Below are positions 1-11,121 of a DNA stretch of 37,218 bases, in pieces. The translations under genes were made by a program, and so were the position numbers. The notes beneath the pieces were generated by a model, which saw nothing but the letters and a program-made list of their open reading frames with translations, did not search any database and had not been told where the DNA came from. The DNA is from Octopus bimaculoides (Eukaryota). The DNA lies in NCBI RefSeq assembly GCF_001194135.2, contig NC_068992.1:48478752-48515969 (forward strand), in the 5' to 3' direction. How positions within the stretch are numbered: position 1 is the first letter of the stretch; each line of letters begins with the position of its first letter.

Positions 1-65
<65 letters not shown>

Positions 66-165
66 GTGTGTGTATGTGTATGTATGTATGTATGTATGTA
101 TGTATGTAGGTAGGTAGGTAGGTATGTAGGTAGGTAGGTTGGTAGGTAGGTACGTAGGTAGGTAT
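1..165. repeat. Compound microsatellite (GATA)n-(TG)n-(TATG)n-(TAGG)n
   Basis: Direct reading of tandem units. Confidence 0.95.
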
Positions 166-722
166 TTGATTGGTTGACGAAGTTAGTGACAAGCTAACAC
201 ACCCTTTACAAATGCAATCTGTAATTGGAATAACAAATAAAGACAAGGCTTTTCTTTTAGCAATTTTCGTTGTTATAGAAATTCCTTGCGAAGGATCTCT
301 GTTTCTTTGTCATAAACCAGCTTCATACTTGTAGGAAGAATTTAAATAATTTAAAACAAATACGAACACACATGCATATGGGGAATTTGGTTATTGTTAC
401 AAAGAAGCAGAAAAGACACGGCTAATTAAGTTGTTGCTATAGCAAACCATTTGTGGAAAGTTGAAGATGTGTAGAACATTTCAAATTTCAAAAGTTTATC
501 GCGTAACTGATTTATGTCCTTATTTGGTGCCTTACAAATGTTTGGGNNNNNNNNNNNNNNNNNNNNNNNNNNNNNNNNNNNNNNNNNNNNNNNNNNNNNN
601 NNNNNNNNNNNNNNNNNNNNNNNNNNNNNNNNNNNNNNNNNNNNNNNNNNNNNNNNNNNNNNNNNNNNNNNNNNNNNNNNNNNNNNNNNNNNNNNNNNNN
701 NNNNNNNNNNNNNNNNNNNNNN

Positions 723-908
723 NATATATAAATATACATGCATGTATATATACATATATATATGTATGTATATATATGTATATATACATGTATATATATG
801 TATATATATATGTATATATACATGTATATACATATGTATATATGTATATATATACATATATGTATATGTATACATACATACATACATACATATATGTATA
901 TGTGTGTG
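723..908. repeat. TA/TG-type microsatellite next to an N-gap, probably the expanded internal tract of the adjacent SINE
   Basis: Tandem TA/TATG/TG units running directly into SINE body sequence at about 909. Confidence 0.9.
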
Positions 909-970
909 TGTCTGTGTTTGTCCCCCACCATCGCTTGACAACCGATGTTGGTGCGTTTACGTCCCCGCAA
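894..970 (+). mobile_element. SINE body fragment, same family as 17549-17878
   Basis: TGTCTGTGTTTGTCCCCCACCATCGCTTGACAACCGATGTTGGTGCGTTTACGTCCCCG is the near reverse complement of 17705-17765. Confidence 0.85.
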
Positions 971-1719
971 ACTAACTTCCTCGTGCCTACCATAGAAAGA
1001 TATCAATACACATCTTTAATTTTTTTTTTTTTTTGCAGTCACTTATAGAAGTGAATAGATTAATCATTTGTATTTTTGTAACGGGAGTCTAGTGTTGCAG
1101 AATCTTTATAATAATATGCACGGATTATGCGACATACTTCATTGAATATTTATTGGACTTTAATTATTTATATTATGTCGCAATTATCGATAAGAGAATC
1201 ATTGATTATAAATTGCTATCGAATGAGCAATTAATGTTCCCCTACATTTCTGAAGACGAGATTGACAGGGGATTGTTTAAATCGATGGGTAAATACCATA
1301 CCACATTGAGAATTTTCGTTTGGAAAACAACGGCTTTTTGGATTCTTCTTGATGTTTGCAGCATATATATCGTTCGACATTACAAAAATATGTGATTCGC
1401 TAAAAAAATGTATTCATAGCCACACATATAAACCTGTGTCGAAATGATAGGATGGCTACAAAGTGGTTACAAAGAATGTTCCCACTAAAATTTGCCGAGG
1501 GCTATGGTTGTGCTCAGAAATTTGTACTGTGTACAAATGTCTTTCATAGCAGAGTATGTAAATATCTACGCAAGTAAGATAAAAGAACGTTATCACTGAT
1601 AAAAAACGTTATTGTCTTAAAAACTTTTCGTTCGCACATTCTTCGTTTCTTAATTGTCAAGTTTTTACGCGTGCACAAGTTTTTACGCGTGCACAAATGC
1701 ACAGCTCAGCAGGAATAGC

Positions 1720-2600
1720 TGTAACAAATTAGACAAAGTTAAAAAAAAAAAGGCTGTAATCAATAATGTTAATTTCGACTTGAGAATACCAATTACTACT
1801 AAGCTGAAGACTATAAGTTTCTTGAATATTACACTCAACCTAGCAGCAGAAAAATGTAAGCAATATAGTAAATAAAATTTAAAGCTTAAGTTTATTAATA
1901 CAAATTATAGTGAAACACCAATAATTTTCAAAAACCTAATCAATATCTGCAAAGAATGTCTAACTTGGGAAATCTTCTGCACAGCTGAACTCTACAACAA
2001 TAAACAACGAGAAGGTAGCGGACGTAAAAAAGATATTATTATAACCCTAACATCTGGCTATTCACTGACAAGAAACGCCGAAATGTTATCCGCTTTACGA
2101 CTTTTTTCTCTTTAAATGTTAAATTAAGCATAGTAAAATAATTCCTCGCCTTAATAAATAAACATTCCCCCACTAACTAAGGTTATAGAACACCGTTTAA
2201 TAGGAATAACTTAAAACTAAGATGGAGTTGTACCATAAATATGAAACACTTAATCAGCAAACAACTAAACTAAAATCTTCATGCAGAAAATATTTGTCTC
2301 CTGAATGCTGAAGCATTTATCTATGAAGCAACAGTCACTTTCACAAAACTAATCCTAGATCTTGAGTGTAAATATGGTTTCGGCATAGTAGAGGGTAATT
2401 TCAAATTAACACTATTTCAACCGTACTCGTTCCAGGAACATAAAAAGCGCTTCACCAAGTTATTTAAGTATACTTCGACATTGGAAGAACGTGATACACT
2501 ATATTCGATATCAAATGCAAAGGACCATACGTATACATCAAATCATTTGTAAGACTAGTCCTATGGACGTATATCTGTTATCGTCTGAAAATTAATTTAA
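1720..2600 (+). mobile_element. Decayed Penelope-like element (RT C-terminus, linker, GIY-YIG endonuclease)
   Basis: Translation with stops and frameshifts gives KTISFLNITLNL (1807-1842), KRRNVIRFTTFFSLNVK..FLALINKH..FNRNNLKLRWSCTINMK (from 2073) and FIYEATVT..KYGFGIVEGNFK..TKLFKY (from 2316). These match PLE motifs NFLDVTLNL, RNIIWFNPPFSxNVK, FNRNxxKxSYSC and IYxATVT..YIG..FK. The element may extend upstream to about 1170 (FPYISEDEID). Confidence 0.8.
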
Positions 2601-3188
2601 TCGCTTTCCATTTTTTAGTATTATCATTTAAGCAATGTACACACACTCACACACAAACACTCACACAAACACACAAACGCACACACATATATATTTATGT
2701 ACACATTATGCCTTTAAAAGAAGGAAATGAGAGAGAGTTTGAAGTTTCGGTTAGTTTGCCTTCGTCGAACAATGTCTAAGCGTAATGTGGTCCCAGGGCA
2801 AGGGATTCCACTTAAAAATTAGAGGGTAACAAATTCCAACGATATAGGCGTTGGCAGTTACGAGCGTTTGTGTTATCTACGTAGTACCTTTGAAGGCCAA
2901 CAGGAGCATAGAAAAGGATAAGTTGAAATAAGGATTAACGGAAGAAACTTTCATTGATAACTGCAATGTCAAAGGTTAGTTTAAATATAATGCTCCTCAT
3001 AATCTATTGCCGCAGCTCCTATACCCATAACTAAGGCGTGAAATACTCTTAATAACCGGAATGAGAATGGAATTGTTTGCAAGCAAATTCTTACGAAACT
3101 TGTTTAGTCTTCCAACAAAGGTTGCGTTTTTATATCATTCATTAATCGTGCCATTTCCCTCCCCACCCCTCCCCCTCGTCATCGTCTT

Positions 3189-3248
3189 CTTCCTCCTCCT
3201 CCTCCTCCTCCTCCTCCTCCTCTTCCTACTACTACTACTACTACTACC
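3189..3248. repeat. (CCT)n-(CTA)n microsatellite
   Basis: Direct reading. Confidence 0.95.
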
Positions 3249-3893
3249 TATGTAATAAATAGCTCCCTTCGTCTCTGTTATGTAGAGGAAAGCTAAAAGT
3301 AATTACTTATTGGTAAATATTTGTGCGAAGCAGCGATGGAAACTAAACAAATGTTAGGTCAGTTCAAATATGTTTAAGGCATATGTCGGATTGTAAAGGC
3401 TTTCTCACGGCATTTACCGTAGAAGAAAAACAAATCTTGCTTAAGGTACAAGAAAAAAAGTAAGAACATCATCATCATCAGTTTAGAGAGCCCTCTGTGA
3501 ACTAATAGACGCCTTTCTAGCTTGTTAGCTGCCTTCAGTACCAGATACCAAGAGAGGTAATTTTGGTTGGCTGGAACGATTTAGATTTAGAAAAATAAGT
3601 AAATATTGTGTACTAATTTTTGCGCGTAGGCTGCCTCGTTGGAACAAATATTTATTTATTACATGAAGAAGTGATGGGAAATAAACAAACTTTAGGGTGG
3701 TTCGAATATATTTAGGACATATTTCAACCGTTTTTCACCGGGAAATTTAATTAAATTTGTGAGATTTTATTGGCAAAGAAGAAAGCTAAGACTGTTGTGC
3801 AGGAAATTTATGCAACCATAGCGGAGCAGTGGAAGCAAGACGCGATCATATTCCAGAGGTCGTAATATTGAAAACACCGTCTACTAATGTGTA

Positions 3894-4291
3894 GGCACAG
3901 GCATAGCTGTGTGATTAAGAAGCTCGCTTGGCAATCTGGTGCTTTCACGTTGTCTCACATGCGGCACCTTGGGCAAGAGTCTTCTACAATACATCTGGAC
4001 CGATGAATATCTTGCGAGTAAATTTGGTAGACAGAAACTGTGTGGAAGCTCGTCGTATGTATGTTTGTGTCTTTGCGTCTTTATTTTAGACTCCCTACCA
4101 CTGCTTGACAACCAGAGTCGGTTCTTTTGCATCCCGTTCTTTAACGGTTCGAACGTGACTGATAGAATAATTACAAGACTTAACCAATAAATAAAAAAAA
4201 TACTGGGATATATTTGTTCGACTAAGCCCTTCAACGCAGTGCCCCCAGCATGGCCACACTGCAATTACTTAAATAAGTAAAAGTTAAAAGA
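3894..4291 (+). mobile_element. Old, near full-length tRNA-derived SINE (family of 17549-17878)
   Basis: GGCACCTTGGGCAAG, ATTTGGTAGACAGAAACTG, GCTTGACAACC, CCAGCATGGCC and a GTAAAAGTTAAAAG tail are collinear with the reverse complement of the 17.5 kb copy. Confidence 0.8.
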
Positions 4292-4489
4292 AAGATACCT
4301 TGTAGCAAGGTCCTACCACTAACTACAACAAAAGACTGTTTGTAATCAGAAAAGGTGACAAACATATTAGACATGTATGAAACTGATAGCCGTACACATA
4401 CCTCAGACACTTTTCTAAGAATATCTCTAAGAACTATAATAAAACTAACTTGAGTACATACCATGCTATTAATTTAGAATCAAAAGAAT

Positions 4490-4850
4490 TAGCTACCAAC
4501 ACAAGAAGGTAGATGAAACAGTAGAATCTTTAGCATTAAGTGATTCATACATTACATTTAAAGGTCATAAAGGTAATTTTTTTGGCAGCGTCGAATTCAG
4601 ATTAATAAATCCGGCTAAAAGTCAAAAAGGTTATGTCAGTAATAATATTTTATATGCCATAATTTTTAGCATTAAACAGGTCACGTCTCTTACATTATGT
4701 AATAAGAGTGTAGCTGTCATGAAGCGGGTTACTAATATAGATAACAAGTACTTTTGTATGTGTATGCAGTTCCATAGAGATGAGTTCTACTATACACCTA
4801 GAACTGAATTTCTTCCAGGAATCTTCAGAATCCGATAGAGGGTTTTATCA
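4490..4850 (+). mobile_element. Penelope-like RT, N-terminal part
   Basis: Open frame from 4506: KVDETVESLALSDSYITFKGHKGNFFGSVEFRLINPAKSQKG...MQFHRDEFY, matching PLE AFITLKDHKxNF..CRLINPAKSExG..FDIxxFYPSI. Confidence 0.85.
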
Positions 4851-4924
4851 CTCTGATACTTAATATTCACTTTTAAGTCAGTAAGTTGTAAAAAAAAAAA
4901 AAAAAAAAAAAAAAGAGGGAGCGG

Positions 4925-5240
4925 TGTGAATTAACCCCCTTTGAAAAGATAATATTCTATAATTTTAACCCTCTACTTATCTTCTTTAAAAGATTTGCTG
5001 TCTTTGAAAAGATAAATGTTAATTCCGTACATGATGTAATCCATCTTTCGATCTATTGTCTTCTGATACGTTTCATAATAAGCGTGACTGATAAAGGCTT
5101 ACAGGTCGGAGGATAAGCTGAAAATGCGCCTATTACTATTATTTACTAAGTTTTTCGGATTAGGGACGGATGTTTACGACAGATATTTATATACTACAAT
5201 TTCTCGTTGATCTTAATTAAAGGTCTGTAGCTAAATGTAA
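4925..5240 (-). mobile_element. Inverted copy of the PLE segment at about 5595-5914
   Basis: 5090-5162 is the reverse complement of 5671-5743 with 3 mismatches in 73 nt (hand count). Weaker similarity extends outward to 4925/5914. Confidence 0.9.
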
Positions 5241-5269
5241 TCTAGTTCCAATTCGGGTTTTAATGATAT

Positions 5270-5914
5270 CATACTGAGAAATATTATCTATTTTAAATCA
5301 TCCGTATTGAGTTAAGTCTGTTGGTTAGATATTGTTTACTATAGCTATAGAATGGTACCGATGGAAGATGAGTTCTAGAATTAACAGGATTGTACATCAT
5401 TGACATACTTCGGCAGAGATTCCGTACTCTAGTGCTGTTCTTACCTCAATCATGTTATACACATTTTGTGAAGTAAAAACGTTTAAAAGACGGATGTTGA
5501 CTGTCAGGCGTTTATCAACATATTCAAAGAAATAGATATAACGATTACAGATGACGCGATTTATAACAATAATTAATTTCGTAGATTTGGATACGGGTAA
5601 ATACAAACGTTATATTAAAACCAACGAGAAATTGCCGTATATTAATAACCTCTTCTTAACATTCGCCCAGTAATCCGAAAAATTTAGTAAATAATATTAA
5701 TAGGCGAATTTTCAGCTTATCCTCCGACCTGTAAGCCTTTATCTGTGCCACTTATTAGAAAAAGATTAAAAGACAATAGATCCAAAGATAGATTACATTA
5801 TACACGGAATTACCATTTATCTCTCCAAGATGATGGACTTTTAATGGGAGAAAACAAGAATGGTAAAATCGTAGCAGACTCGTAAAATTACTTTTCAAAG
5901 GCAGTTAATTCACA
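5270..5914 (+). mobile_element. Penelope-like RT core and thumb, decayed
   Basis: DGR*VLELTGLYIID (compare DGAEVCELVGLY), IINFVDLDTGKYKRYIKTNEKLPYIN, KNLVNNINRRIFSLSSD. Confidence 0.8.
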
Positions 5915-6939
5915 TCAGTTCTTGAAATAAGAGATTTTTACCGTTTTTTTTTTCACAAATTACAGACTTAAGAGCATATGTTAAGTTTCACAGTGATATA
6001 TTTAACGACTATGTCTCCTTGTATTCGTTATATAAAACCCGGGTTTTCCGTGTATCGATGAGTTTATTGCATAGACGGAGCGGGGCATATGACTGGATTA
6101 CATTCTCAAGTCATGCGATACAATCACAAACATCGATTTTATTGTAAAATCGAACCCCGTCTGTCTAATGTATATCTTCCCTATAAATCAGAGAGTGAAA
6201 TTAAGTGGGAGAGATTCTCTCTATTACATTTAGTTGCATTTATGTTCTCAAGTCAGCGGAAACGGGATTAAGCATTAAAACGCAAATATCTCGATCTCCC
6301 ACACGAGACATCTTTAAAGTGTCTAGAGGAGGTGCAGAGCGGGAGGCAGCTTAAGTATTGGCAAATCTGTTAATCTCGTCGTACACTACGTGCTTCATTT
6401 TCAGTGTCAAGTTAACTCAGGTATTAGAAATTCAATTGGCTTGTTATTGAAATACATATAAAAGAGTAATATATTTGGAAGCAAGTAATACAATTGTTGC
6501 TTCGTTCGTGTTCAGGATTTTTCCCCAACAGAGCTTGTATTTTAAGCTTCTGATTGCGGATCAATTACATTTACTACCGAGACAGGTGTATCATTTGGTT
6601 TTTGCTGCGACCATCCATTTAAATGTGGAGCAGACTACGTCTCCGTCTTTTAGGTACCAACTGTATTTTGATAGTGAAGCTGTTTTTTTTTAAATGAGAT
6701 TTTCAGTTACTGATATAACCTTAGTGCTTCATCTTTAGTAACTAACACTAAGATACATGTACACACACACATATAAACACTAACAAATATGTGTACACAT
6801 ATGTATATATACACTTATGTATATATAAATTCGCTTTATAATCATTAAGTGCATGTTCAATCCTATAGCCTGACATTTTGTGTAAGTATATTGTTGCCTT
6901 AGCATAGCATTGACCTAACCCTTTTAAATGAAATTAGCT

Positions 6940-7090
6940 GGGCCCCAAAAGGCCTAGCATTCTTTCACATTGTGTCCCGCGAATTTAACCTGAGAATTAC
7001 CTCTGTGCACTAAACACGACCATTAAGAGCAAGTAGTTCAGTTACTCTAACATCTGAGTTGCTCGTTGTCAGAATCGACGGAAGATCCAT
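6940..7090 (+). mobile_element. Possible old SINE 3' remnant related to 15347-15713
   Basis: Patchy similarity only (GGCC..TCACA..TGTG..GAGAA.TAC; GTC..AA.CGACGG). Confidence 0.3.
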
Positions 7091-7092
7091 CA

Positions 7093-7094
<2 letters not shown>

Positions 7095-7138
<44 letters not shown>

Positions 7139-7228
7139 TATGCGTGCACGCGTGCGTGTGCGTGTGTGTGTATGCGCACATATGCGTCTATGTATATAGG
7201 CATATAACATATATATATACATACACAT

Positions 7229-7263
<35 letters not shown>

Positions 7264-7340
7264 CACAAACACACACACATATATATATCCATATATATAT
7301 ATATATGGGTGCGTGTGCTTCATGTATGTGTGTGTGCCCA
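7095..7340. repeat. (TG)n/(TA)n/(CA)n microsatellite cluster
   Basis: Direct reading. Confidence 0.95.
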
Positions 7341-7473
7341 CAAGCGTGTATGTAAGAGTGAAAGAGAATGTTTTTAGCTCTCTAAAGAGCAACAACAACA
7401 ACAAAGTGATGAAAACATCTGAGAAGTTTGTAAAGAAATGAGAAGTGAGAACAATGTCTAAATATATGGCGGC

Positions 7474-7895
7474 GGGGTGGTGGTGGTGGTGGTGGTGATG
7501 GTGGTGGTGGTGGTGGGTGACTGTGGTGCTGGTAGGGGGGTAAAGACCGGTTGGAATTTACTGACGAATGATAGATATTTGGGTATGGGAGTGAGCGGTG
7601 GCGATGGTAGCGGTGGTAGTGGTGGTGGTGGTGGTGGTAGTGCTAATGGTGGAGGCGGTTGGGTGATGATAGAGATTGTCGTGTTTGTGGTAGTGCTAAA
7701 TGTGGTGGTGGTAGAAGTGGTACTACTGGTCGTGGTGGTGATGGTGGTGACGGTAACGGTGGTGGTGGTAGTGTTGTTGTTGTTGGCTGTGTGTTCGTTG
7801 TAGTGGTAGCAGTAAATGTTTTAGTAATCGTAAATGGGATGGTGCATGTGAAGGTAGTGAAAGTTGCAGTAGTAGTAGTAGTAGTAGTAGTAGTT

Positions 7896-7953
<58 letters not shown>
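7474..7953. repeat. (GGT)n-rich low-complexity tract ending in (GTA)n
   Basis: Direct reading; accounts for the poly-V and poly-T ORFs. Confidence 0.95.
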
Positions 7954-7955
<2 letters not shown>

Positions 7956-8194
7956 TTTAATCTCAAGTCACCCCCTGATCGAATAGATCTAACAATAACA
8001 GGCATAGCCCCACCTCTCTCTCCCTGTCATTTCATTAGTTCAAGATTATCCACGACTGCATTGTCTCAAGTCCTTCCCTGCCTAAATATAAATATAATTA
8101 AGAATATACTGAATAGGCTGCTATTTCATATTTCAGAGGTTGGTTCATGAAATAGTTTGGCTATTTATTAGCACTATTAATGGTAATGGTAATG

Positions 8195-8337
8195 CAATGA
8201 GCTAGCAGAATCTTACCAGCAATGGGCAAAATGCTTAGCCGAGGCCAACTTCATCTTTCGTCCTTACGGGGTCGATAAAATAAGTATCAGTCGAGCACTG
8301 GGGTCGATATAACCGACTTAACCCATCCCCACCAAAC
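8195..8337 (+). mobile_element. Internally deleted SINE, family of 9601-9815 and 36185-36385
   Basis: GAGCTAGCAGAATC..AAATGCTTAG..GGGGTCGATAAAATAAGTA..GCACTGGGGTCGAT is shared with the other copies. Confidence 0.8.
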
Positions 8338-8962
8338 ACCTGTTGTTATTAAGCCTTAGGTCGGCTGTGAACGTGCTGACTCAACATCCAAGGTTTTCCG
8401 GCATGACCATTTTGTCTTATTTTCAGGAATGATGTACTTTTGGTTTCCTAATCCAGTGTGTCATTTATTAAGATCAAACAATGAGGTTTCAGGAAGATTA
8501 GGTCATCATTTCTGGCAGATCACATGACTACGTACTAGCACCACTTATTTGATATGTGGTAGTGGTGGATTTAGTGATGAGAATACCGATATTAGTGGTG
8601 GTGGTGGTGGTGGTGGTTTTGGTAGTGGTAGTAGATGGTTTTGGTGGTGGTGGTGGTGGTGGTATTAATAGTGACGTGAGTGATAATAATTAACGATGGT
8701 ACTAGTAAAAGGATGTGGCGTGCTGAGCAGCGGAAGATCACATTTGTTATGTAAAGACAGACATTCATATAATAGATGTTACCGATGCAATGCTAGCAAT
8801 GAAACTTTTGCTATTCTAGGTAGGCCTGTTTATGTAATAACTACAGAGTGATTGAAAGATAGAGAGAGAGGGGGGGAGGGATATATATAGAGAGAGAGAA
8901 AGAGAAAAAGAGAGAGTGTGAGAGGGAGTACTGTTCGAAAATGTCCGTGTCTAGACGAGACG

Positions 8963-9076
8963 TTAAGCTAGACTAAGTGATTTTAATCCGAACCAATTCC
9001 ATCTTTTCTGTAAGTGGTATTTCTCCTGAGAATTTAGCAAAACACACTGTTTTGTGTTAGAGAATTTCGTTGAAGA
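8963..9076 (-). CDS. Candidate terminal coding exon of an unknown gene (SSTKFSNTKQCVLLNSQEKYHLQKRWNWFGLKSLSLA*)
   Basis: Acceptor ATATCTTTGTAG, 37 open codons, then TAA. Phase-compatible with the 9285-9346 candidate. No homology recognised. Confidence 0.2.
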   Translation of the reverse strand, partial: SSTKFSNTKQCVLLNSQEKYHLQKRWNWFGLKSLSLA

Positions 9077-9284
9077 CTACAAAGATATATATTTATATTA
9101 ACAAGTTCCTTATCATAGAACTGTATTATCAATTCGCATCAAAACCATAAGCTAAACTGACACTTAAAAGAAATTTCCATTAGATTGTATCTGAATATTC
9201 CCCACCAACTTCCCGAGTTACGTAGATATTTCTATATTAACATTTAATAGTGTTGATGGAAATAAAGAAGAATAGCAAACTTAC

Positions 9285-9346
9285 ATTTGTATGATTGTCT
9301 TCGTGAATGTAAATCCCACAACACGTTGATTTATGGCAGAGCGCGA
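9285..9346 (-). CDS. Candidate internal exon, 62 nt
   Basis: Acceptor ATCTTTTCAAG and donor GTAAGT (9279-9284). Reads ALCHKSTCCGIYIHEDNHTN, or SRSAINQRVVGFTFTKTIIQ in a second frame. Confidence 0.22.
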
Positions 9347-9430
9347 CTTGAAAAGATTTCATCTCTCTTTGTAGTCTAACTTATTTGTTAAGTGTCACAC
9401 ACTTAGAGAGTCCGATAAATTTATACTTAC

Positions 9431-9486
9431 ATCCTTGTGCATCTGATTGCGCATATCCTCCATTGGGATCGGTGTTGTCTTGTATA
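9431..9486 (-). CDS. Candidate internal exon, 56 nt
   Basis: Donor GTAAGT (9425-9430) and a weak AAG acceptor. Open in all three frames, e.g. IQDNTDPNGGYAQSDAQG. Confidence 0.2.
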
Positions 9487-9600
9487 CTTTAAGGTTCGAC
9501 ACAAAATAAGCCTCATTGAAATGCTGTAGACGATTTCGTTGAGCATGATCTGCTCAAACAGTTATGAGCATCTGACTCAAAGATAAGAGTTACTATTGAA

Positions 9601-9815
9601 GGCGGCGAGGTGGCTGAGGCATGAGCACGTCAGGAAGACGCTTAGTGGCATTTCATCAAGCTTTACGTTCTGAGTTCAAATTCTGCCAAGGTCGACTTTG
9701 CCTCTCATCCTTCCAGGGTCGATAAAATTAGTACTGACCAAGCACTGAGGTCGATCTAATCGATTAAACCCACCTCACCAATTTTCAAGCCTTGTGCCTA
9801 CACTAGAAAGGATTA
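9601..9815 (+). mobile_element. tRNA-derived SINE
   Basis: GGCGGCGAG head, B-box-like GAGTTCAAATTC and a GGTCGATAAAATTAGTAC body, shared with 8195 and 36185. Confidence 0.85.
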
Positions 9816-9816
9816 A

Positions 9817-9862
9817 GGGAGTGAGTTGGCTGAACCGTTAGCACGCCGGACAAAAATGCTTT
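9817..9862 (+). mobile_element. 5' head only of a second SINE of the same family
   Basis: GAGTTGGCTGAACCGTTAGCACGCCGGACAAAAATGCTT matches GAGCTGGTAGAATCGTTAGCACGCCGGGCGAAGTGCTT at about 36191. Confidence 0.8.
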
Positions 9863-10230
9863 GCGTCAGTAGCCTGGTCGGAGAAGTGCAAACGTGCGCA
9901 ATCTCGAGCAGGTCTATCCACGACAACCTTATGCGATACATCATAGAGAGGGCTGGGACTAAAGTTGACTTCGCGTGTGCTCTGATCAATTTGGATCAAT
10001 CGAAAGCATTCGATAGGGTCGACCATCGGTATTTGGAAGCCGTCCTGAAAGCAGGTGGTTTCGGACTCATTTTCAGAGGCTAGATCGTTGCAATGCCCAG
10101 CGGCACCTACCTGTTCAATGGTCAAAATAATGGTCCCCTTTCGGAGCCGTTTGGCATCGCAGGCTCGGTCCGCCAGTGCTGCCTGCTGTCACCTCTTCTG
10201 TACGTATTGGTACTGGAGCCACTGCTGCAG
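9863..10230 (+). mobile_element. L1-clade (Tx1-like) reverse transcriptase fragment, pseudogenised
   Basis: QTCAISSRSIHDN..LDQSKAFDRVDHRYL..GFG..FRG* then NGPLSEPF..SVRQCCLLSPLLYVLVLEPLL, all in one frame with a TAG at 10081 where Trp is expected. LDQxKAFDRVDH and RQGCPLSPLLY are L1/Tx1 RT motifs. Confidence 0.88.
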
Positions 10231-11081
10231 AATATATATATANNNNNNNNNNNNNNNNNNNNNNNNNNNNNNNNNNNNNNNNNNNNNNNNNNNNNNNNNN
10301 NNNNNNNNNNNNNNNNNNNNNNNNNNNNNNNNNNNNNNNNNNNNNNNNNNNNNNNNNNNNNNNNNNNNNNNNNNNNNNNNNNNNNNNNNNNNNNNNNNNN
10401 NNNNNNNNNNNNNNNNNNNNNNNNNNNNNNNNNNNNNNNNNNNNNNNNNNNNNNNNNNNNNNNNNNNNNNNNNNNNNNNNNNNNNNNNNNNNNNNNNNNN
10501 NNNNNNNNNNNNNNNNNNNNNNNNNNNNNNNNNNNNNNNNNNNNNNNNNNNNNNNNNNNNNNNNNNNNNNNNNNNNNNNNNNNNNNNNNNNNNNNNNNNN
10601 NNNNNNNNNNNNNNNNNNNNNNNNNNNNNNNNNNNNNNNNNNNNNNNNNNNNNNNNNNNNNNNNNNNNNNNNNNNNNNNNNNNNNNNNNNNNNNNNNNNN
10701 NNNNNNNNNNNNNNNNNNNNNNNNNNNNNNNNNNNNNNNNNNNNNNNNNNNNNNNNNNNNNNNNNNNNNNNNNNNNNNNNNNNNNNNNNNNNNNNNNNNN
10801 NNNNNNNNNNNNNNNNNNNNNNNNNNNNNNNNNNNNNNNNNNNNNNNNNNNNNNNNNNNNNNNNNNNNNNNNNNNNNNNNNNNNNNNNNNNNNNNNNNNN
10901 NNNNNNNNNNNNNNNNNNNNNNNNNNNNNNNNNNNNNNNNNNNNNNNNNNNNNNNNNNNNNNNNNNNNNNNNNNNNNNNNNNNNNNNNNNNNNNNNNNNN
11001 NNNNNNNNNNNNNNNNNNNNNNNNNNNNNNNNNNNNNNNNNNNNNNNNNNNNNNNNNNNNTATATATGTATGTATGTATGC

Positions 11082-11118
<37 letters not shown>

Positions 11119-11121
<3 letters not shown>

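Noticed and set aside
200-546. Nearly open plus-strand frame (LQMQSVIGITNKDKAFLL...CPYLVPYKCL)
   Set aside because: It has several stops, no recognisable motif and no splice signals.
2737-2772. Minus-strand hammerhead-like string TTGTTCGACGAAGG..CCGAAACTTCAAAC
   Set aside because: At least three deviations from the core, only a 2-bp stem II and no palindrome; cannot be separated from chance.
3780-3890. Faint resemblance to a mariner N-terminus
   Set aside because: Too few conserved residues to support a call.
6538-6591. Possible 54-nt plus-strand exon (CCCCAACAG..CAG/GTGTAT), and a 16-nt one near 6406-6421
   Set aside because: Weak donors, no partner exons and no recognisable peptide.
8345-8540. 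Possible old interspersed repeat
   Set aside because: It resembles a recalled octopus repeat, but there is no in-window copy to support it.
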